Below, piece after piece: positions 7,649-13,491 of a stretch of 13,491 nt of DNA. The DNA is taken from positions 1 to 13,491 of the forward strand of contig JBHLKM010000035.1 of the NCBI GenBank assembly GCA_048886685.1. Direction: 5' to 3'. The stretch is from Candidatus Hodarchaeota archaeon (GTDB lineage: Archaea > Asgardarchaeota > Lokiarchaeia > Sigyniarchaeales > SOKP01). The stretch's first letter is position 1. Each line of letters starts with the position of its first letter. Both the position numbers and the translations under genes were made by a program. The notes beneath the pieces are model-generated. The model was given only the letters and a program-made list of their open reading frames with translations, did no database searches and was not told the DNA's origin.

Positions 7649-8173
7649 ATGTCAAGCTTTAAATTAAAAGTATTATTAACAGGCGCTAAAGCAGTAGATA
7701 AGACAAGGCTATTTAATAAAATAATTAAAGTAAGGATTCAAGCAAATTACAAGCTAACTGTAGGTGTTGACATTCTTACAAAAGATGTTGAATTTAGAAC
7801 AGGAGAAATTGCTATTTTAAGCATTTGGGATATAAGAGACCAACAACGTTTTGAATATATTCGCAGTACATTTTATAAAGGAGCAGCTGGAGCTATATTA
7901 GTTTTTGATTTAACACGAGAAGAGACATATAGTGAAGTAAAAAATTTACTTACTGAAATAAGGCAATTCGCTGGTGAAAATATTCCTTTTGTTTTAATCG
8001 GAAATAACGTTCATTTACTTAAACTGAAAGATAAAGGAATTATTCGAAAAGAGGCTTGTGAATTTGCCAGAAATGAAGGAGGGATCTATATTGAGATATC
8101 TCCAACCAGTATTGATGTTCTCGAAGAAGGAATTTGTGAATTAACTCGTAGGATTATTAATTCAAGAACTTAA
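7649..8173 (+). CDS. Rab/Ras-superfamily small GTPase-fold protein, predicted pseudo-GTPase
   Basis: FKLKVLLTG, YKLTVGVD (G2), LSIWD, QRFEYIRSTFYKGAAGAILVFDLT, IPFVLIGN. G1 GAKAVDKT, G3 DIRD, G4 NNVH and G5 EISPT are all non-canonical. ATG 7649 is preferred (GTGA at 7641); the track start is 7628. No C-terminal prenylation Cys. Confidence 0.9.
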   Translation: MSSFKLKVLLTGAKAVDKTRLFNKIIKVRIQANYKLTVGVDILTKDVEFRTGEIAILSIWDIRDQQRFEYIRSTFYKGAAGAILVFDLTREETYSEVKNLLTEIRQFAGENIPFVLIGNNVHLLKLKDKGIIRKEACEFARNEGGIYIEISPTSIDVLEEGICELTRRIINSRT

Positions 8174-8371
8174 AATATTGAGTAATTTAGCTACAGATGC
8201 TTAGCTTAAGAGTAGAACTATTAAAACTGAGCAGATTCAATTCCATTATCTCACGGGAAAAATAGACATAAATGTAGAGTTTATATTGATAAATTTTCTT
8301 GTTATTATTTGGGATTAAGCGGTTGAAAAATAAAAAAAGATCCAAAAAAAAGGTGTAATATATCCTATAAA

Positions 8372-9613
8372 ATGTCACATTATGATTATACATTAAAAGT
8401 GTTGCTTCTTGGTGATGAAACTAAAGCAAAAACAGCTTTCACCAAAAGATATTGCTATAATATATTTAATCCATCAGAGCGATTAACAATCGGAGTAGAC
8501 TTCCATGTAAAAAGCATTGAAATAAACGGTACAAAAATAAAACTTCAAATCTGGGATGTTGGAGGGGAAGAGAGGTTTAGATTCCTTTTACCAACGTATT
8601 GTTTAGGTGCTAATGGCGCTTTTCTACTATATGACATAACTAAACCCTCTACTTTAGATAATATACCAGAATGGATGAATATTATAAGGGAAAAGGGAGG
8701 ACCGATACCTATTATGTTAGTTGGATCAAAACTTCATTCAGAAGAACATCGAGTAGTTTCTAGAGAAAAAGGAATTTCAATGGCAGAAAATTATAATCTC
8801 TCGGCTTTTATGGAAATTTGCTCTGAAGCGAATGTGAATATTGATGAAGCATTTAAAGTCCTAATCGAACTTATACTTGAAAGGTATGAAGATTTAAGAA
8901 CCCTAATACCATTAAATTTCGCACCTATTAAAATTAAACCCGAATTCAAAATTAACGAATATTTGGAACTCCGATTAGAAAATAGTAAAACGAACATATA
9001 TGTCGGAGGAGATTTGTTTAACAGCTGCAAATATTTATTATTAAACCTGACAAAGGATAATAATAATAATTTTGAGAATATTGACTCAGTGGATCAAGCT
9101 ATTGAAAATTTAGATGGATCGATGGAACGGGAGCATAAACATGATATTTCTGCCGAAACAGAATTTTGGGGACATTGTTCCAATTTACAGGCGTGGTATG
9201 AAAATGATTATGATACACGTATTTTACATAGAAATTTAGCGTTTCCTCTTTTGAAAGCACTTGTAAAAGCGGGAGATAAAACTGCAAGAGTAAAATTTAA
9301 AGAGCAAGTTGCCCTTAGGCTTGAAAGTGGTTATCCTTCTGTAGTAATGTTTCTTATAGCTCAAGGTTATTTAAAATATTTAACTGAGGAAGAATTAGAT
9401 ACTATATTAAAAAATCCAAAATTTTTAAAAAATGTGCCAAAATGGTTTAATGATTTCAAGAATATTCCAGATTGGCTTGAAGAAAAGATAAGAGCGATAT
9501 TTAACGATTTGAAGTGTCCCTATTGTGATATTAGGATAAAAAGGAATTCAATTCAGAGAATTCTAAAGGGAGAATCATTGAAATGTGAATTTTGTTATAG
9601 TAATCTAATATAA
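8372..9613 (+). CDS. Rab-like GTPase domain fused to a Lokiarchaeal 'EFWGHCSNLQAW' domain and a C-terminal Zn ribbon
   Basis: aa 1-~173: LTIGVDFHVK, KLQIWDVGGEERFRFL, GAFLLYDIT, with G1 GDETKAKT, G4 SKLH, G5 EICSE. 8942-9397: EFKINEYLELRLE...CKYLLL...EFWGHCSNLQAWYENDYDTRILHRNLAFPLLK...GYLKYLTEEEL. 9515-9595: CPYC-x19-CEFC. Confidence 0.9.
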   Translation: MSHYDYTLKVLLLGDETKAKTAFTKRYCYNIFNPSERLTIGVDFHVKSIEINGTKIKLQIWDVGGEERFRFLLPTYCLGANGAFLLYDITKPSTLDNIPEWMNIIREKGGPIPIMLVGSKLHSEEHRVVSREKGISMAENYNLSAFMEICSEANVNIDEAFKVLIELILERYEDLRTLIPLNFAPIKIKPEFKINEYLELRLENSKTNIYVGGDLFNSCKYLLLNLTKDNNNNFENIDSVDQAIENLDGSMEREHKHDISAETEFWGHCSNLQAWYENDYDTRILHRNLAFPLLKALVKAGDKTARVKFKEQVALRLESGYPSVVMFLIAQGYLKYLTEEELDTILKNPKFLKNVPKWFNDFKNIPDWLEEKIRAIFNDLKCPYCDIRIKRNSIQRILKGESLKCEFCYSNLI

Positions 9614-9854
9614 TAATTGGAACTTGAAAATTTCATTCAAGATAAAATCTGGGAAAATATCACTCCAATTGTAACACATTCTTGTTATTTTCTCTTCTTT
9701 TTCATAAGGTGATTCTCCTCAATTTATCTAAATCGGATATGAAGATAGGGCTGAAAACATTTTCTTACACGTTTTTAATCTAGGTGAAATATTTTTAAAT
9801 CTTATTTAATGATGTAAAAAATAATTTAATCCGCTTTATAAGCTGAAAAACAAG

Positions 9855-9882
9855 TGTAAATATTTATAAGCGTAAATGTAAT
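9855..9882 (+). promoter_or_regulatory. Putative promoter/operator of the RHH gene
   Basis: TGTAAA-TATTTATAAG-CGTAAA-TGTAAT: a TATA-like TTTATAA flanked by (T/C)GTAA repeats, about 50-75 nt upstream of ATG 9930. Confidence 0.4.
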
Positions 9883-9929
9883 CAATTTAATTAGCAAAAG
9901 AAGGATTAACGTTTAGGAAATTTAAAAAA

Positions 9930-10325
9930 ATGAAGATTATTACAGTTCAATTACCAGAATCATATACACGGAAATTAGAAAACATGACTCGACAGATTGG
10001 TGTTAGTAGATCAGAACTTATTAGAACGGCAGTCAGGGACTTCCTAAATAACGAGTTTACCTTAATTGAAGAATTAAAAAAAGAAAATAGAAGAAATAAA
10101 ATTGCCAGGTTTTTTGATTACTGTATTAATTGTGAAAGAAAAATATATAGTGCTTCAGGGAGTAATCACTTTTTTCATAAAACAATTGAAATTTTCAAAT
10201 TGAAGTTTTGTTGTTCTTGTTATAAGAACTATAGGGATAAAACTTTAGATGAGTTTCCAGAAGATTTGATCGAAAAAATAAAGAAGAGGATTAAGGCATA
10301 TCGAGAAAATTCTTCGTCATCATAA
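9930..10325 (+). CDS. Ribbon-helix-helix (CopG/Arc/MetJ) transcriptional regulator with C-terminal Cys4 Zn-binding module
   Basis: MKIITVQLPESYTRKLENM...GVSRSELIRTAVRDFL is a typical RHH; followed by CINC-x25-CCSC. Confidence 0.85.
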   Translation: MKIITVQLPESYTRKLENMTRQIGVSRSELIRTAVRDFLNNEFTLIEELKKENRRNKIARFFDYCINCERKIYSASGSNHFFHKTIEIFKLKFCCSCYKNYRDKTLDEFPEDLIEKIKKRIKAYRENSSSS

Positions 10326-10426
10326 AGAGAATATGGTTTTATAGAGCCCTTTCTGTGGTATTTTTTATAGATGATATTGATAATTAAGTTTAATCGAAGA
10401 GAACAAATTAAAAAAAAATAAAATAA

Positions 10427-13400
10427 TTAAGATTTCTGTTTTACTCGCTTATAAACAATGAGAATTATTATAACACACGCTATTCCAATGAAATATAAGG
10501 GATAACCGGATATTGTCCCAGGACCTCCGCCTGGAGATTCCTCCTGTACATCGATGAAGTCAAAATTAGACGGATCTGAGCTTCCTGATTCATTAGATGC
10601 AACGACAGCGTAGTACCATCTGCCAATTCCGGGTACAGTGTCCGTTGTAGTAGTTTCTGATGTAGTTTTTACTTCCGTCGCGAGATTTAAATTACTCGAA
10701 GTTATTGCGGATGTGTATCTATAAAGAGTATAATTGTCCGCACCTGGTGAAGTTGTCCATTCCAATGAGATATCAAAGCTAGTTGTAGGTGATGTGGTAG
10801 TAATAGTCAATACCGGAGGGTTTGGTGATTCTGGTTCTTTTTGAACATCGATATATGGAGAATTAGAGGGGTCTGAGTTTCCCGTCTCATTAGTAGCAAC
10901 AACTGCATAATACCATGTTCCAATTCCAGGTACAGTATCTGTTGTAGAGATATCCGTAATAGTTTTTACATTTGTAGCAAGATGTAGATTGCTCGAAGTT
11001 ATTGGGGAAGTATATCTATAGAGTGTATAATTATCAGCGCCCAATGATGTTGTCCATTCCAAAGCAATGACAAAACTGGTTGTTGGAGAAGACGTAAGTA
11101 TACTTAATGTTGGGGGACTAGGTGTTTGCGGAGCCCATTCATCCCAATTTAGGGTAAGATTGTCTGAATTATCCATTGGTTGGGCTGCAAAATCAACATT
11201 CGGATAGGTACCTAAAAACCAAGATAGATCATCTTGACCAAAAAAATGAGGTATGTCGTTAAAATTTACTTCAAATGTCCAATTAGTGTGAAAATTCAAG
11301 TAATATAACAAGGATTGGAGCTGGATTTTAGTAAAAGAAAAATCTTGAGTTCTATTTGCTTCAAAGACAATAGATTTATGAGTTTCATTGAATATAAAAT
11401 GACCTTCATTTTCAAATTCTAATCCCTCTCCAGTTATAGTCCCGTTGAGAGCTCCTTGAAGTTGAGGGGTAAAAATCAAATCTAATCCTGTAGTTTCATC
11501 TAGAATCAGGTGATCTATAAGTTGGCAAAAAGATTGTAGATCTGGCTTAAAGGTTTTTATTAGGTATTTTATAATTGGCCAAAGGTGAATTCTAATATCA
11601 CATGTTACTATATTTCCCACAACATGATTTCCAAGAACAAAATTCTCAATTGAAATGTAAGTAGTTGCCTTGCTTTTATTTAGATAGTCATTAATAGACT
11701 TTTGAATGTAATCCGAAGCAATACCACTTAATCCATCCTTAAATCCAAAATAATTAAGATATAAGTTAATTTCTTGAAGAGGAATAGGAAAATGTATACT
11801 TCCCTTTTTTGTTATATTAAAATCTCCAGTAAAGAGTTTCTGATTAAATGAAACGTTGTAGTCAATCAAATAGTCTATAGTAATATTTGGGTTCCCCATT
11901 GCGCCTATAGTAAGAGTAAAATTGCCTGTTTCACCTATTCCTGGCTCATTCTCTGGATATGATAGTGTAAAATTAATAGGTATATCAACGGTAGTGTTGA
12001 CTTGAGCTTCAAGATTTGATTTAAAATATGGATCTGTTTGTATTATACTTTCAATCCAATCTTTGATATTAGGTTCAATTAATAAGATGTTCTCAAGCCC
12101 TGAAGCAATGTATGGAGCTTTAAAAAGTGAATTAAAATATAGTGTAAATGGTGTTTTTAATGGACAAAATTTGGTAGTCCAGTTTCCCCATGTGTTATTT
12201 TCGATAAATTCATTAAAATGATTGCCATATAAATCTCTCAAAACTGTATTATTTAATGCATATCTAGGAATTTCATTCCACATAAATGTTGTGGCTAGTT
12301 GTGGATTATAGGGTTTGATTTCAAAGCCATGTGAATTTGTAGTAGTTGCGAGTCTCACAGAGGAACCTATTTGGTTTTCCATACTTATAGGTGTTGTGTT
12401 TACAGCTATACTCATTTTAATAGTTTCATTTAGAAAGGGGGCTAATTGAGCAGTTGTATTAATAGAATAGTTATAAATACCCTCACCTAAACTAAAGTTA
12501 GGATCAAATATTTGGTGATATCGATCATTGTTATCAGCCCAGGAATCATCATAAAAACATACGATCCGATCTGGAAATGAACCAATATTATAAGGATTTA
12601 TAAAAGCAATATAAGGAACCCAATCATAAGCTACATCGAAAGATATGCCACTTTTAAGTTTTCTCGATGAATATTCATATATAAAAATTAAAGCCAGAGA
12701 ATCTCCATATATATCATCTGTACCCTTTAGAATTCGTTCATATATCTTAATTGGCTTGTCAATTGTAGGATTAACTTTACCTAACGCTGGGCGATACATA
12801 TCCATTAGATCTTTTACAGTAACATTCGCAGTTCCAAGGCCTTCAGAAAGTAGTGCACCATTAGTTGCGACTTTTGGATTTTCAGTGTTCTCTGGACCCC
12901 ACATAACTAAATAATACCATCCAGTTTTGTTAATTGTAATCGCGAAATTAGTGGAAGCATTCATGATTTTTGGTAGACCCGCATTATTTATTTCTTTACT
13001 GTATTCGTAGATCCAATCATCACTAGTATGGGATGAATTAAAACCATCAACTCCCAAAATATTTGGCACCCAAAGCCATGGTTTGATATAATTTTCAAAA
13101 TCGAGAAATTGGCTTTGGTTGAAAATGTACAAGTTTGTTTCTAAATTAGCAAAAGTAATTATATAACCTTCCCATGAAGTTGTTATATTATAGATTACCC
13201 CTTCCCTTGCGAAAAACACTGTAGTATCATAAGGATTAAGCATATTATTATTAGTAGAAGGCAAAGAAGCATTATTATCAAAATCACGATAGTGATTCCA
13301 AGACACATTTGATGGTTGAAATGTAATTTCTATGGAGTCTGTATGCGTATATGAAGTTGTATTAATAGGATTAAAATCAGTTAGGTTTCCAATAAGGGCA

Positions 13401-13491
13401 TCCATCGATAAATCTTCAGTACTATTTTTATATACATAATTAATCATCGGTTCACTCCAGGTCAATATTGTAGTAATTTCATCTGTTAAAG
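10427..13491 (-). CDS. Large cell-surface glycoprotein with two C-terminal FN3-like repeats and Loki-CTERM-like anchor; 5' end outside the window
   Basis: Frame stays open beyond the track's TTG 13465 to the window edge (LTDEITTI-LTWSEP). Very many N-x-S/T sequons. Two 99-aa FN3-like units. Ends GGGPGTISGYPLYFIGIACVIIILIVYKRVKQKS (I[PS]GY + TM + basic tail). Confidence 0.88.
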   Translation of the reverse strand, partial: LTDEITTILTWSEPMINYVYKNSTEDLSMDALIGNLTDFNPINTTSYTHTDSIEITFQPSNVSWNHYRDFDNNASLPSTNNNMLNPYDTTVFFAREGVIYNITTSWEGYIITFANLETNLYIFNQSQFLDFENYIKPWLWVPNILGVDGFNSSHTSDDWIYEYSKEINNAGLPKIMNASTNFAITINKTGWYYLVMWGPENTENPKVATNGALLSEGLGTANVTVKDLMDMYRPALGKVNPTIDKPIKIYERILKGTDDIYGDSLALIFIYEYSSRKLKSGISFDVAYDWVPYIAFINPYNIGSFPDRIVCFYDDSWADNNDRYHQIFDPNFSLGEGIYNYSINTTAQLAPFLNETIKMSIAVNTTPISMENQIGSSVRLATTTNSHGFEIKPYNPQLATTFMWNEIPRYALNNTVLRDLYGNHFNEFIENNTWGNWTTKFCPLKTPFTLYFNSLFKAPYIASGLENILLIEPNIKDWIESIIQTDPYFKSNLEAQVNTTVDIPINFTLSYPENEPGIGETGNFTLTIGAMGNPNITIDYLIDYNVSFNQKLFTGDFNITKKGSIHFPIPLQEINLYLNYFGFKDGLSGIASDYIQKSINDYLNKSKATTYISIENFVLGNHVVGNIVTCDIRIHLWPIIKYLIKTFKPDLQSFCQLIDHLILDETTGLDLIFTPQLQGALNGTITGEGLEFENEGHFIFNETHKSIVFEANRTQDFSFTKIQLQSLLYYLNFHTNWTFEVNFNDIPHFFGQDDLSWFLGTYPNVDFAAQPMDNSDNLTLNWDEWAPQTPSPPTLSILTSSPTTSFVIALEWTTSLGADNYTLYRYTSPITSSNLHLATNVKTITDISTTDTVPGIGTWYYAVVATNETGNSDPSNSPYIDVQKEPESPNPPVLTITTTSPTTSFDISLEWTTSPGADNYTLYRYTSAITSSNLNLATEVKTTSETTTTDTVPGIGRWYYAVVASNESGSSDPSNFDFIDVQEESPGGGPGTISGYPLYFIGIACVIIILIVYKRVKQKS
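10538..11131 (-). repeat. Tandem 297-bp (99-aa) FN3-like domain duplication
   Basis: Unit 1 11131-10835 and unit 2 10834-10538 share LEWTTSxGADNYTLYRYTSxITSSNLxLATxVKT...TTDTVPGIGxWYYAVVAxNExGxSDPSN. Confidence 0.92.

Noticed and set aside
9600-9704. Possible minus-strand gene start (MKKKRK*QECVTIGVIFSQILS*)
   Set aside because: Too short, multiple stops, no recognisable family.
1044-12914. Short track ORFs 1044-1265, 2819-3001, 3070-3270, 3860-4078, 8187-8393, 8791-9030, 9099-9287, 12645-12914
   Set aside because: Antisense overlaps of well-supported genes or low-complexity intergenic frames with no recognisable motifs.

Overview
AT-rich archaeal DNA, most likely from an Asgard (Lokiarchaeia-type) genome. 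This inference rests on Rab-like small GTPases, a Loki-type Cdc48, the 'EFWGHCSNLQAW' domain, a Loki-CTERM-like sorting tail and GGTGA-type SD motifs. From left to right the window holds: a secreted or membrane protein missed by the ORF track (<1..851, minus) with a 59-aa, 26-Cys, 14-aa-periodic CxC insert; an SRPBCC pseudogene remnant; a DUF166 protein; a malic enzyme; a ZIP-transporter remnant; a higher-GC NosD/CASH beta-helix protein; three co-oriented NTPase genes; an RHH/Zn-finger regulator; and a large FN3-repeat surface glycoprotein running off the right edge. The three NTPase ORFs are intact but carry broken catalytic or nucleotide-binding motifs. They are a single-AAA Cdc48 with Walker B E>K, a Rab-like protein with G1/G3/G4/G5 broken, and a Rab-like fusion with G1/G4/G5 altered. 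The Cdc48 gene is bracketed by a ~175-bp, ~93%-identical, palindrome-rich direct repeat. The best candidates for new biology are this pseudo-NTPase (decoy-like) cluster with its duplicated upstream element, and the Cys-ladder surface protein. Family assignments come from motif recognition by eye; no searches were run.
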